Shown piece by piece: positions 13,946-26,162 of a DNA stretch of 64,000 nucleotides. Origin of the DNA: Mobula hypostoma (Eukaryota). The position numbers and the translations under genes were made by a program. The notes under the pieces were generated by a model. That model was not told the origin of the DNA. It worked only from the letters and a program-made list of their open reading frames with translations, and searched no databases. How positions within the stretch are numbered: the first letter of the stretch is position 1; each line of letters begins with the position of its first letter. The stretch spans positions 222,954,001 through 223,018,000 of the forward strand of contig NC_086097.1 in NCBI RefSeq assembly GCF_963921235.1. The letters are read 5' to 3'.

Positions 13946-14152
13946 AAAAAAAACACTGGAATTGTGGTCTTAATCTTGTCTTATGCTGGTGGTACCAACC
14001 ATAGTGCTGCTTCTGTAAGTACAAGTTCAATTTCGGTACTATAAAAGCTGTTTGTGTGACAGTTCACATCTATTCCAAGTTTGATATTGAGTTGAGATTC
14101 TCTGTGACAGCTAGATCTATCATTTCATTGAACAGAAATCTAAATTATTGGA

Positions 14153-14351
14153 AACAACAGGAATTCTGCAGATGCTGGAAATTCAAGCAACACACATCAA
14201 AGTTGCTGGTGGACACTGCAGGCCAGGCAGCATCTCTAGGAAGAGGTACAGTCGACGCTTCAGACCTTCGGGTCTCGGCCTGAAACGTCGACTGTACCTC
14301 TTCCTAGAGATGCTGCCTGGCCTGCTGCGTTCACCAGCAACTTTGATGTTG
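14153..14351. mobile_element. Penelope-derived palindromic mini-element with 14-bp TSD
   Basis: TCTAAATTATTGGA at 14139-14152 and 14352-14365; arms of about 70 nt are nearly perfectly complementary. Confidence 0.85.
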
Positions 14352-14497
14352 TCTAAATTATTGGATTGAGTTTTCCACTATCAAAATTGCTTAAATTATT
14401 TTATACAGGTAATTTAAGAGACTTGCATTTATAAAGAATAATTCACAGCCTCAGTCATTCAAAGAATACTTTTGAGGAGTACTCATAGTTCTAAGAG

Positions 14498-14716
14498 TAA
14501 ACACAAGAGATTGTGCAGATGCTGAAAATCCAGAGGAAGACACACAAAGTACTAAAGGAAATTAGCAGGTCAGGCAGCATCCATGGAAGGGAATAAACAG
14601 TCACCGTTTCAGGCCGAAGCCCTTCATCAATCGTTTTGGCTCGGAATCTCAACACTATTCCTTTCCATAGATGCTGCCCAACCTGCTGAGTTCCTCAAGC
14701 ATTTTGTGTGTGTTAC
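14498..14716. mobile_element. Penelope-type fold-back repeat, older
   Basis: cagcaggtcaggcagcatccatggaagggaata pairs with tattcctttccatagatgctgcccaacctgctg. Confidence 0.7.
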
Positions 14717-14825
14717 CCATAGTTTTAATATGCCAGTTTTAATTCACTTGTTTGAGATGATATACACTGTATATACATCTGTGTCACAGGATTGCAGTGA
14801 ATTTTCCAGTGAAACCATTATGCTA

Positions 14826-15006
14826 AAAGGGAGTATTAGAAATGGGGCCCTGGTCAGGTTAAAGGGAGTGTGGAAAACAGCATCCTACCAAGCTGAAAAG
14901 GAGTACAGGAAACAGGACCTTGATTAGTTGAAAGGGAGTGCAGGAACAAGGGTCTTGGTGAGCCAAAGGAGAGTATGGGAACAGTGCTCCAGTGAGTAGA
15001 AAGGGA
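14826..15006 (+). repeat. Degenerate ~35-bp minisatellite, about 5 units
   Basis: AAAGGGAGT-like motif recurring at 34-35 nt spacing. Confidence 0.6.
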
Positions 15007-17339
15007 TTTTTCAAACATTACCTGTTCAGCCAGATGCCATACATTTCAGTAATGGATTATTGGAGTTTTATTGTGTGTTATAAAGGACGATTCTAAAAGC
15101 TGTCCATTCTTGTTGAAATTATACTTTAGAACTGTTGTGTGAAGTAGTCAGGAAGCAAATCATTTCAACATCTGGAGTCATTCTGGACACATTCTTTGCA
15201 GCCTTTGTTGACTCAACATGACAGCATAAGTTCAATTGACTTCAATTTTCCAATCCTGGCAAGGCCTTAGTGATGAATAAACTTCAGCCAGTATGTTGAA
15301 GCCCTGTCCTGAAGGCCCCCAGCCTTTTGAACAGTTTTGTATGTCTCTAATGTAGATATTTGAAAGGTAGGCAGACTTAAGTAACTTACATAAAAAAATA
15401 GTTAAAATAGTAATTAAAGCATTAAGTGTGTACTTGCTTTTCCACAAGAACCCTATAAAATCTGAGGAGCTCGATGTGTAGTGCACCTGATGTTAGTTGT
15501 GAGTTCTGTGGCAGAGCTAGCATCTGACTCACTTGTCATAGACTTCTATGTGTCAATAAACTTGCATAGAAGTTCAAGTACATTTTTTCTCATTTTCATG
15601 TAGGATATTTCAGTGATTCTCATTTGGATTGGAGGAGATTAAAATTGGCCAAGGGTCCAAAGGTTTCTGCTATCCAGTGGCACATTTTGTATCAAGTGGA
15701 AACAACAATCATATTTTATGAATAATTAAACAACTGATGCTCATTTCTAAATTAATTAAAGGAGAATAGTCATCTAGTCACCTAGAAGAGAATGGCTTGG
15801 ATGGATGGACCTGTGCCAAGAGAGTGAAAGGCAGATCTCTTTTTGGTTGAAATGATGAAATTGTATATCAGACTGAGGGCATTTTTACCTTGTGAAACTT
15901 CAGTGTAGTTATATAATAGGGTTATGAAAAACAACTTTATTTCAATTTTAACAGTCCAGCAATCGAGCTCTTTCTGAGCAGGATGTGAGCAGTTTCTCCG
16001 CTGCTTTGTGATACTGCAAAATAATGAGGCAATTCATCAACTTTTTAATTTGTAAGTTGCGTTCCTTTTCTCTGTGTTTTATGTAAGGTGTGTAGATTTA
16101 CTCCATGTTAAATATTTGATTGTGGATTTTATAGAGAAGTAATTGGAAGTCAAGGATGTTATCCTAGAATACATCTAAAATCTCAAATTTTAGGAACAGT
16201 CTAAAATCATAGAATTTTTTAATTTGACTTTTTTCAATACTATACCTGTAAACTTATTTAATGCTGAACTTTGAATATATGACATTGAAAATCTGTGTAG
16301 AATTACTCGATTAATCACCTTTAGAGTGCAATAATTCATTTTCACATTTTAAACATCAGGCATTTTAACATATTCCACAGGACTGAAATAATACCAGAAT
16401 TATTTTTCCTTTTCCTTTTTGTGAGAAATGTTCTCACTTCCTTTTTTCTAAAGATTTGCATTGCCTTGTTTTGTGCTTCAGTGATCTTGGGAAATGATAC
16501 AGCTGATTCTTTGATCCTGGATCTGATTTCCACATTTTTGCCCACACCATCATATCGCGAATAAATATTGCAGTCAGTAACTGCTCAGCCTATCACACAT
16601 GGAAATAGAGCTTTGCCCTTGGTTTCTGGTATTGGTATAGTTTTGGTATAGAGCTTCTGAAATTTTTTTTTAAGATAAAGGAATAGATCATGTAAATAGA
16701 CTAAATTCATAAAATTTTGAAACATGATTAATAATCAGGACACCAAAAATGTGAAACGAAAAAAAATGCCATTCACATGGTCCTGAGAATAGTAAATACC
16801 CGGTTTTAGATTAATTAAGGTACTAGCTAAACAATGATCCGATGATAAGAGAGCAAAATCTAAAAATTGTCAGCATACGCATACAAAAACTTCCATGGAA
16901 CAGGAAATTCTGGACTAATGCTGAGACTGATACTGTAGAAAGAAAGTGCAAATTGGTGCAGAAATATGCAGACTAAGTACATAAACCTTTGAAAAATAAG
17001 ATCTGATAGGTAAAATCATAAAAAAACGTCTGATTTTCTTTTAATCAGGGCATAGAATATAAGAGTAATAGGGCAGTTAACAGGCAATGGTTTAGATATG
17101 GTGCAAATGGACTTTTAAACAATCCAAATTAACATGCAAGAGATTAATCAAAATAAGAAAGGAATGTAAAGGAAATAGCAAATGGCATTAAATTAGTTTG
17201 GGCTCAATGGGCCAAAATCCCTAATTCCATTCCAATGTCTTATGGTCTTGTATGGGAATAAGCATAGAGGTAAATGAGAATTATTTTCTAAGATCAGTTG
17301 GGTTCATTGCATCCTGTTGTTCATCATACTTATAATCTA

Positions 17340-17840
17340 CCTTAAGTCCTTCTGCAACCTCCCTGCTTCCTCAACACTAATGGTCCTCCACCTATCCTCA
17401 TATCATCTGCAAACTTGGCCACAAAGCCATCAATTCCATCATCCAAATCATTGACGTATAATGTAAAAAGAAGTGGTCCTAGCACTGACCCCTGTAGAAC
17501 TCCATTAGTCACTGGCTCAGAAAGGACTCCCTTTCTTCCCATTCTGTGCCTCCTGTCGATCAGCCAATGCTCTATCCATGCTAGTATCTTTCCTGTAATA
17601 CCACGGGCTCTTATCTTAAACAAGCCTCATGTGCAGTGCCTTGTCAAAAGCCTTCTGAAAATCCAAGTACGCAGCATCCACTGATTCTCCTTTGTCTATC
17701 CTGCTTATTATTTCCTCAAATAATTCCAACAGTTTTGTCAGACAACATTTTCCCTTAAGGAAACTGTGCTTCCTTGGGCCTACTTTTTCATGTGCCTCCT
17801 AGTACCCTGAATCCTCATCCTTAACAATTGACTCCAACGT
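17340..17840 (-). mobile_element. CR1 RT fragment
   Basis: GVLQGSVLGPLLFTLYVNDLDDGIDGFVAKFADD. Confidence 0.9.
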
Positions 17841-17867
17841 AGTCAATAACCAAAATAAAAGTCTTAG

Positions 17868-18070
17868 TTGCATGGAATGCACTGCCAGCGACGATGGAGG
17901 CGGATACAATAGGGTCTTTTAAGAGATTCTTATATAGGTACATTGAGCTTAGAAAAATAGAGGGCTATGCGGTAGGGAAATTCTAAGCTGCGTTTAGAGT
18001 AGGTTACATTGTCAGCACAACATTGTGAGCCGAATGTCCTGTACTGAGCTGTAGGTTTTCTATGTTCTAA
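17868..18070 (+). mobile_element. CR1 3' end (same subfamily as 2556-3050)
   Basis: ggatacaatagggtctttt...agaaaaatagagggctatg...ttctatgttcta tail. Confidence 0.85.
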
Positions 18071-18072
18071 GG

Positions 18073-18216
18073 CAGTGGTTCCCAACCTCCGGGCTGCGGA
18101 CCGATACCAGGCCACGAAGAATGCAGCAGTAGCCGGAACGCACCCAACGCATCTTTAAGAAAAAAGCCGAAATAAACAAGCTAATTAATTAGGTGCCGCC
18201 TGGCACGTAAATGTCA
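18073..18216. mobile_element. hAT/Charlie-like DNA transposon terminus (one end only)
   Basis: Begins CAGTGGTTCCCAACC, similar to the hAT-like TIR at 52128; CpG-rich; no partner TIR found. Confidence 0.55.
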
Positions 18217-18219
18217 GAG

Positions 18220-19555
18220 GCTTTGAAAGGTTGGTCATGACTAGACTGAACTCCTGCCTCAGCAAGGACCTGAACCCATTGCAATTTGCCTATCGCCACA
18301 ATAGGTCAACGGCAGACGCAATCTCAATGGCTCTCCACATGGCTTTAGACCACCTGGACAACACAAACACCCTATATCAGGATGCAGTTCATCGACTATA
18401 GCTCAGCATTTAATACCATCATTCCCACAATCCTGATTGAAAAGTTGCAGAACTTGTGTCTCTGTACCTCCCTCTGCAATTGGACCTCGACTTCCTAACC
18501 AGAAGACCACAATCTCTGCGGATTGGTGATAACATATCCTTCTCAGTGACCCCAGGGATGTGTGCTTAACCCACTGCTCTACTCTCTATATACACATGAC
18601 TATGCGGCTAGGCATAGCTCAAATACCACCTATAAATTTGCTGCTGATACAACCATTGTTGGTAGAATCTCAGGTGGTGACGAGAGGACGTACAGGAGTG
18701 AGGTATGTCAACTAGTGGAATAGTGCTGCAGCAACAACCTGGCACTCAACGTCAGTGAGACAAAAGAGCTGATTGTGGACTTCAGGAAGGGTAAGATGAA
18801 GGAACACATACCAATCCTCATAGAGGGATCAGAAGTGGAGAGAGTGAGCAGTTTCAAGTTCCTGGGTGTCAAGATCTCTGAGGATTTAACCTGGTCCCAA
18901 CATATCGATGTAGTTATAAAGAAGGCAAGACAGCAGCAATAATTTATTAGGAGTTTGAAGAGATTTGGTATGTCAACAAATACACTCAAAAACTTCTATA
19001 GTTGTACCATGGAGAGCATTCTGACAGGCTGCATCATTGTCTGGTATGGAGGGGCTACTGCACAGGACTGAAAGAAGCTGCAGAACATTGTAAATCTGGT
19101 CAGCTCCATCTTGGGCACTAGCCTACAAAGTACCCAGGACATCTTTAAGGAGCAGTGTCTCAGAAAGGCAGCGTCCATTATTAAGGACCTCCAGCACCCA
19201 GGGCATGCCCTTTTCTCACTGTTACCATCAGGTAGGAGATACAGAAGCCTGAAGGCACACACTCAGCGATTCACGAACAGCTTCTTCCCCTCTGCCATCT
19301 GATTCCTAAATGGACTTTGAATCTTTGGACACTACCTCACTTTTTTTTAATATACTGTATTTCTGTTTTTGCATGTTTTTTAATCTATTCAATATATGTA
19401 ATTGATTTACTTGTTTATTAATTATCATTATTATTATTTTATTTATTATTATTATTTTTTTTTTCCTCTGTTAGATTATGTATTGCATTGAACTGCTGCT
19501 GCTAAGTTAACAAATTTCACGTCACAGGCCTGATAATAAACCTGATTCTGATTCT
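18220..19555 (+). mobile_element. Rex1/Babar-type LINE, 5'-truncated RT with stops
   Basis: [67 protein letters not shown] + (GATTCT)n tail. Confidence 0.9.
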
Positions 19556-19904
19556 AAAGTATCAAAGCCACAGAAAGCATTCAGTTAAATTCAAGCAGCT
19601 GTCCTTCTGCTAAGACACAACTATGTATAGCTGGAGATTTGTACCAGAATGGTGCTTTATTGTTACTTAGTAAATTGGTCACATCTATGATGTTGCCTAG
19701 CCAGTGATATACTGGAAATATGAAAGACTTGAAACAGTTCAATTGTAACAAAGGATAATTTCACTGGACTTTTCAAAGAGAGCTAAGTTTTATTTCCAGT
19801 CATGTTTTAATCTCAGACTGAAATATTTGAACTGTAAGGATATTTTTTGTGACTTTCTTTTGATCTGTTCAAAGTCAGAAAATAATATTTTGCAAGTAAG
19901 CATG

Positions 19905-20424
19905 CGACATTCTTGCTATTGAGGGAGTGCAGCGTAGGTTCACAAGGTTAATTCCCGGGATGGCGGGACTGTCATATGTCGAAAGATTGGAGCGACTGGG
20001 CTTGTATACTCTGGAATTTAGAAGGCTGAGCGGGGATCTTATTGAAACATATAAGATTACTAAGGGATTGGACACGCTGGAGGCAGAAAGCATGTTCCCG
20101 CTGACGGGTGAATCCAGAACCAGAGGCCACAGTTTAAGAATAAGAGATAGGCCATTTAGAACGGAGTTGAGGAAAAACTTTTTCACCCAGAGAGTGGTGG
20201 ATATATGGAATGCTCTGCCCCAGAAGGCTGTGGAGGCCAAGTCTCTGGATGCTTTCAAAAAAGGGATGGATACAGCTCTTAAAGATAGCAGAATCAAAGG
20301 TTATGGGGATAAGGCAGGAACTGGATACTGATTGTGGATGATCAGCCATGATCACAGTGAATGGTGGTGCTGGCTCGAAGGGCCAAATGGCCTACTCCTG
20401 CACCTATTGTCTATTGTCTATTGA
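19905..20424 (+). mobile_element. CR1 3' end, young
   Basis: Open ORF2 C-terminus QRRFTRLIPGMAGLSYVERLERLGLYTLEFRRL; (CTATTGT)n tail. Confidence 0.92.
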
Positions 20425-20931
20425 CATGAAGTTATAATACTAATACTACAGCATTCAACAATGCAAATGCAGTGTAAAGCTTAGATGTCGGCATGATGCT
20501 GAAGAAACAGGTGGCTTTTACTTAAACTGGATAAATGAACCCATTAACCATTTTGAAATATTTACATTTTGCCTCTGCTTACAGTTATATTGCCATTGGT
20601 GAGTAGATGATACAATGTAAAATTAACTTCAGTTGACACACAAACAACATTGAATGTGATGTGAAAACAGCAGAATCGGTTTGATTATTGCAGTTAGGCA
20701 TTAGGTGTAAATATCTATAATTTAATTGAACTGATTATTTTGTCATTGCCACATATTTTAGCTTGCTGTGTAGATTATTTTTAAATGTTACTGATTTACT
20801 GAGTTTATTCATTTAAGTTATTCAACATATATGCCTCATTTTCCAGAATTAATGCTCCTCCTTTTTTCCATCTGAATTCAAATTCAGTCACCAGATTAAA
20901 AACAATCTAATTCCTGTCCATTTTATTGCAG

Positions 20932-21099
20932 GTTGCAAAAACAATCGTGAATGGAATTGTTAGCTTTCGCCGAATAGCATCTTTTTTTAACACTGAGGAA
21001 TTGAAACAAATGACAGGATCTGACATTGGCAATAAAGATGCAGGACACCACGTAAATCCCCCAGATACATCTGGTAAAAATGGATACTTGCCTGTTGAA
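20932..21099 (+). CDS. ABCC SUR-like transporter, window exon 2: end of TMD1 / start of linker
   Basis: ttgcAG acceptor, GAA|GTAAGT donor; 168 nt, phase 0/0; VAKTIVNGIVSFRRIASFFNTEEL matches the ABCC VS..R+..F...EEL motif. Confidence 0.9.
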
Positions 21100-21155
21100 G
21101 TAAGTAGTAGTTAATAATAATATTCCTGTGTTTTAAATAAACTATATCATCTTGA

Positions 21156-21421
21156 CTTCCTTCCTAGCGTGTCGCACCAGACAGTCAGCTATTCTTGTCT
21201 GGCACATAGTGTCAGGACTGGTCTCCTTTCGGATTAACCAGGTCACGATATGAACGTTCCTGACTCGACCCTAGTTTTTTTTTAAAGAGGCCGAGTGGCT
21301 AGCTCAAAGCTCAACCCGGCACGGATGAAAAGCGTGCCTAGGGGTGGCCCGACTTGGATTCAAACTCGGGAGCCTTCGCTCCGAAGTCCGGCGCTGATGC
21401 CACTGCGCCACCTGCCAGCCC
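21156..21421 (-). mobile_element. tRNA-derived SINE (tRNA-Arg-like head)
   Basis: Minus strand GGGCTGGCAGGTGGCGCAGTGG (A-box)..GACTTCGGA..GAGTTTGAATCC (B-box); (GGAA)n tail; possible TGACT duplication. Confidence 0.75.
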
Positions 21422-21934
21422 TGACTGAAAGAGCAACATAATTTTCTATATATTTTTTACAGTATTTCAAATCAAAAAGGCACATTTCAAAAATGTTTAA
21501 GGCTACCAAGATTAAGTTTTGTTAGGAATTTAAAATCAATATTTGCGATGAAACGTGCTAATTCTTCATTGCACTTGTACTTCTCCATGGACCTATGCAG
21601 TTTTGAAATGTAACTTAAAATTAGAAATCCATTTTACCAAAGCATCCTCTGCTGGGGTCTGGGACCCCTCAAGAGCAACTTAACTTGTTGCTTATTTTGA
21701 GGCATCCTGCATTCACTTCAGCATTCACTTGACCTTAAAGTTTGGATTACACCCAGCACGGTACCTCATTTTGTTAGACTCAGTAAAAGTTTCTTGTTGT
21801 CATAAGGTTAAGCCTGAATCCAAGTCAATAGGAATATCATTCGAAATTTCAGCTTTCAGAACTTTTCCCATTTTTATACCTTCTATGAGGCATTTTCAAC
21901 TAGCTCAATGAAAACAGTAGCTTCATTGAGGTTC

Positions 21935-23140
21935 CAAGTTCAAAGTAAATTCTGATCAAAATACATGTATGTCACCATTTACAACCCTGAAATTCATTTT
22001 CTTGTAGGCATACTCAATAACTCAATAGAAAAATAATCATAACAGTATCAATCAAAGACCGCACCAGCTTGAGTGTTCAACCAGTGTGCCAAAGACAACA
22101 AATTGTGCAAATAAATAAACAAACAAACAAACAAACAAAGAAACAAGCAATAATTATCAAGAACGTAAGATGAAGAGTCCTTGAAAGGGAGTCCATCGGT
22201 TGTGGGAACATTTCAATGATGGGGCAAGTGACATTTTCTCCTTTGGTTGAGGGATAGTAATTGACCCTGAACCTGGTGGTGTGAGTCCTGAGGCTCCTCT
22301 ATCATGCTCCCTGTTGTTAAAGAAATGTTGTTGCCAATCCAAACTGACTGGTGTCTGCAACTGAAGAAATCGAGCATCCAATTGCGCAAGGAGGTATTGA
22401 GGCCAAGATCTGGAAGCTTATTGATTAGCTTTGAGGGGATGGTGGTATTGAAAGCTGAGCTGTAGTTGATCAAAAGCATCCTGATGTATACATTTTTGCT
22501 GTCCAGATGTTGAATGAAGAACCAGTGAGGTGGAATCTGCTGTAGACCTGTTGCTCCAGTCATGCGAACATAGAAACATAGAAAACCTACAGCACCATAC
22601 AGGCCCTTCAGCCCACAAAGCTGTGCCGAACATGTCCTTACCTTAGAAATTACCTAGACTTACCCATAGCCCCCGATTTTTCTAAGCTCCATGTACCCAT
22701 CCAGGAGTCTCTTAAAAGACCCTATTGTTCCGCCTCCACCACTGTCGCCAGCAGCCCATTCCACACACTCACCACTCACTGCAAAAAAAAACTTACCCCT
22801 GACATCCCCTCTGTACCTACTTCCAAGCACCTTAAAACCGTGCCCTCTCGTGCCAGCCATCTCAGCTCTGGGGAAAAAGCCTCTGACTATCCACACAATC
22901 AGTGCCTCTCTCATCATCTTATACATCTCTATCAGGTCACCTCTCATCCTCTGTCGCTCCAAGGAGAAAAGGCCGAGTTCACTCAACCTATTCTTATAAG
23001 GTATGCTCCCCAATCCAGGCAACATTTTTGTAAATCTCCTCTGCCCCCTTTCTGTAGTTTCCACGGTCAGCAAATTGGAGCAGATCTAAGTGGCTTGTCA
23101 TGCAGGAGTTGATATGTTTCATCACCAACCTCTCAAAACA
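21935..23140 (-). mobile_element. Rex1/Babar-type LINE, internally deleted, interrupted by a CR1
   Basis: CFERLVMKHINSC..LDLLQFA (23061-23140) continues as NRSTAD..YIRMLLINYSSAFNT (below 22565); (AAAC)n in the 3' UTR. Confidence 0.8.
22566..23060 (-). mobile_element. CR1 3' end nested in Rex element
   Basis: QRRFTKMLPGLGSIPYKNRLSELGLFSLERQRMRGDL; (ACATAGAA)n on + strand. Confidence 0.9.
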
Positions 23141-23756
23141 GGAAGGGTAAATAAAATTAATGCGATAGGAGAGTGAATTTGTGGGAAGCAGATGGTACAG
23201 TAATGCTACAAAAGGTAAATACTTCAGGTAGAGTGTAAGAAATTTTAAATTAAGATTGAAAATGCTGGAAATATATGGCAGATTGGACACCATCCATGGA
23301 GACAGAAACTGAATTAAGATTTCAGGTCAATAACATTTTCTTAGCTTTATTAACTTTTTTAAACAAAAAAAAGATTAGGTAATTGTACTTTAGAGTCTAC
23401 AGATTTTAAAAGACAAGAAAGAATTAATTATGTAACAGATAAGAATCATTAGAATATAATGATTTACAATATAAAATCAGGCCTTTTAGCCTATAATGAC
23501 TGCTGAATGGAGTCATCTAGCTTCTTCCTCTTTCCCAGCACTGGCCTATTAAGTTACAACACAACTAGTGTTCAACCCAGTTTGATTGTAATGAGGATGG
23601 GGATATCTGCCCTCTAGTGGAACTTTTCATTCTGCCAATGAACTACTTGAATGAGGGATGGAAAATCACCTTTCCAGATTTGCTGAGGACAACGTAGATG
23701 GGAAGGTAATATTGTGGTGATAGTAATAAATTAAGTAAATAGGCAAGACTATGTCT

Positions 23757-23990
23757 CAAACAAGAGAAAATCTGAACAACACACACAAAATGCTGGAGGA
23801 ACTCGGCAGGCCAGGCAGCATCTTCGAAAAAAGTACCGTCAACATTTCGGGCCGAAACCCTTTGGCAGGCATGTCTAATGAAGGTGCAAAAAACTACAGA
23901 TGCTGGGATCTGGAGCAACAAACAATCTGCTGGAGGAACTCACCAAGTTGAACAGCTTCTGCAAGAGTAAAAGGAATTCTCAACTTGTCT
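23757..23990. mobile_element. Penelope-type terminal repeat fragments (two, tandem)
   Basis: acacacaaaatgctggaggaactcggcaggccaggcagcatc..catttcgggccgaaaccctt and cagatgctgggatctggagcaac. Confidence 0.7.
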
Positions 23991-24029
23991 ACAAATTAGA
24001 ACACTATAAGTAATACTACATCCCTCATT

Positions 24030-25250
24030 AGAACACTATAAGTAATACTACTGTATTTTAAAACTGTGTATTAGTTCCTAATAGTTATCAGTGGAGGAAT
24101 TCATCGATGTACACTGCAGCACATTTTTGATTGACTGTAAATGTACAAAATCAGTGTAGATGCCTAGTGTAGATAATGGACTACCTTAATGTAATGCTTT
24201 TGACAATTGCATCCTCCAAATCTTCATTTTCATTGTAACATTCAGGATGATTGCCAATATCTTCAAATTATTCATAGTTCCTAACTTGTTGAAATAGTGA
24301 AGTTGCTTCATTTTCGTTCCCTGGCATCTCTAAGCCTGAACGCTTGAAACTGCAGTGAGAAAAACAGTTCTGAATTGTCTTACTGCTTATTTTTCCCCAA
24401 CTGGTCATTGTCCATTGTGTTCTACAATGACAGAAAACCTGTGCTGCAGAGTTTTTAAAGTAGAAAAACCATTGCACTGGGGCAGTCCCACTCTCTGGAC
24501 TTTGGAAGTCCCATTCTCTTGACTTCGGATGTCTAGGTCCAGTGATACATACAAGCATGACAACTAGAGTCTTCCTTGGTTGCAATGGATGACCATGACT
24601 ACTTCTGTGCCTCATAATTCCCTTCACTCTACATGGAGCATTGCAGAGCCGCCTTCCTGGCCATTAGATCTCACTGTGGATCTGATCCGCCCAGTCTGCC
24701 GGAGCTGACTTCACATGCTAGGGTAGGCATGTCTCTATCTCACTGGGCTACCCTCATTTGGTTTAGCCCGCCTGTCAAAGCGGTGTACTGGGGACGTTGT
24801 TGCACACAAACAGCTACTTGGAGCTACAGGTGGGAGTTGAGTGTCCGGTGGGGATCAGAGGTGAACAAGCTGCCCCGGAATGAACAAGACAAACCCCTTC
24901 ACAAAGGTGCTACCCCTCCCTGGACATCTCATACACCCCTATGCCCCACTCTCGTCAACTATCAGTGACAAAAGTTACTGCTTTCTGAACACAAGCACAC
25001 ACAACTGACACTATTTAAAAAACTGTTTGGTCTAGGCACGGTGTAGTGTGTAACAGCCGCACAAATGCACACTTCTGACACTGGTTAGAAACTGTTCAGG
25101 AACAGTTCTCCTGTCCCAATTAAGCGCAAGTGTCCCATAAAACGAAGGGAATCCCAGCAATTTTCTCAATTCATTTTTGTTCTTTTAAGAGTTGTCACAA
25201 ATAAGCGACTGTCTTGATTATCCAATAGCCCAATTTACTGGAATCCACAG
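24030..25250 (-). mobile_element. Tigger/pogo-like DNA transposon remnant, with insertion
   Basis: SWGKISSKTIQNCFSHCSF resembles the pogo DDE C-terminal W..+S..TI.NCF..CGF motif; terminus-like cccaatttactggaatccac at ~25230-25250. Confidence 0.6.
24410..24945 (-). mobile_element. Inserted GC-richer element, probably an RTE-type LINE 5' region
   Basis: Abrupt compositional change splitting the Tigger-like remnant; family assignment from recollection only. Confidence 0.4.
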
Positions 25251-26004
25251 AATTGTGAAGGACTAACAGAATTCTGTGGAAATAAAAGTTACTGTTAATA
25301 GCTTGTACCAGGATAGCATAAGCAGTTCAGCAGATCAAGTGACTGTTGAGAGAGAAAAATTAACCTGACTTCAACAGTTTATAGGGGAAGAGGCTGTCTC
25401 AACTCCACTGTATGTGTAAAGATATGCTTCCTGTTTCTATTGGTGGGAGAAAGCTAGTAACAAACACCGTTAATGTTTAAAGGGCCATTTCAACCAAGAC
25501 ATTTAAATAAACTTTTTGTTCAATTCCCCTTAAAATATTGATATGTGCTAGCACAATTAATGGTTTTAAATAACAGATTGATAGCTTTTTTCCATACAAA
25601 GAAGTCTAGACCAATGGATGGAATTTGGGTACAGATCAATTACAGCCTCATTGAATGGTAGAGCATGTTCAAGGGGAATGCTTTTTATTCTGTCTTCATG
25701 CTGAGTCATCAATTTCAGTTTAGTTGCTTGATCAAATGGTCGAAATCTTTGAATAATAGGTGGTCATGCCATTGCTTTGTGATCTTATAAGACTTAAATA
25801 AAACATTAAAATACAGTAAAACAGACTCTATGAAAGACTTATTTGGTCTTTACTGGTTACCATGGGTAATTACTTTAAATCTATGTTTAATAAAGTAACT
25901 TTGTCACTCGTTCCATTTAATTTTGGAAGAATTATTGACCTGAATTTTACAAAAAAATGTATAATTTATTTTTATTAACATCATACTTGATTTTAATCTT
26001 GCAG

Positions 26005-26162
26005 CTCCTGCCAACAGAAAAAGATGTTTCTGGTCATTTCAACAGCAATGACTCTTCGGACTACCAAGACAAATCCCATCCAGATGCTATAATGAATTAC
26101 TCCAATGAAACAAAGCTGGAAGAATGTGATCCAAATGATATGGAACTCCTTCCCAAATGCAG
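26005..26162 (+). CDS. ABCC SUR-like transporter, window exon 3: acidic TMD1-NBD1 linker
   Basis: ttgcAG acceptor, AG|GTGAAA donor; 158 nt open frame LLPTEKDVSGHF...MELLPKC; phase 0/2 exactly bridges exon 2 (ends phase 0) and exon 4 (starts phase 2); no family motif. Confidence 0.72.

Noticed and set aside
14826..15006. CRISPR-like repeat/spacer appearance
   Set aside because: Only about 9 nt are conserved per unit, the variable parts resemble each other, the context is a vertebrate intron and there are no cas genes.
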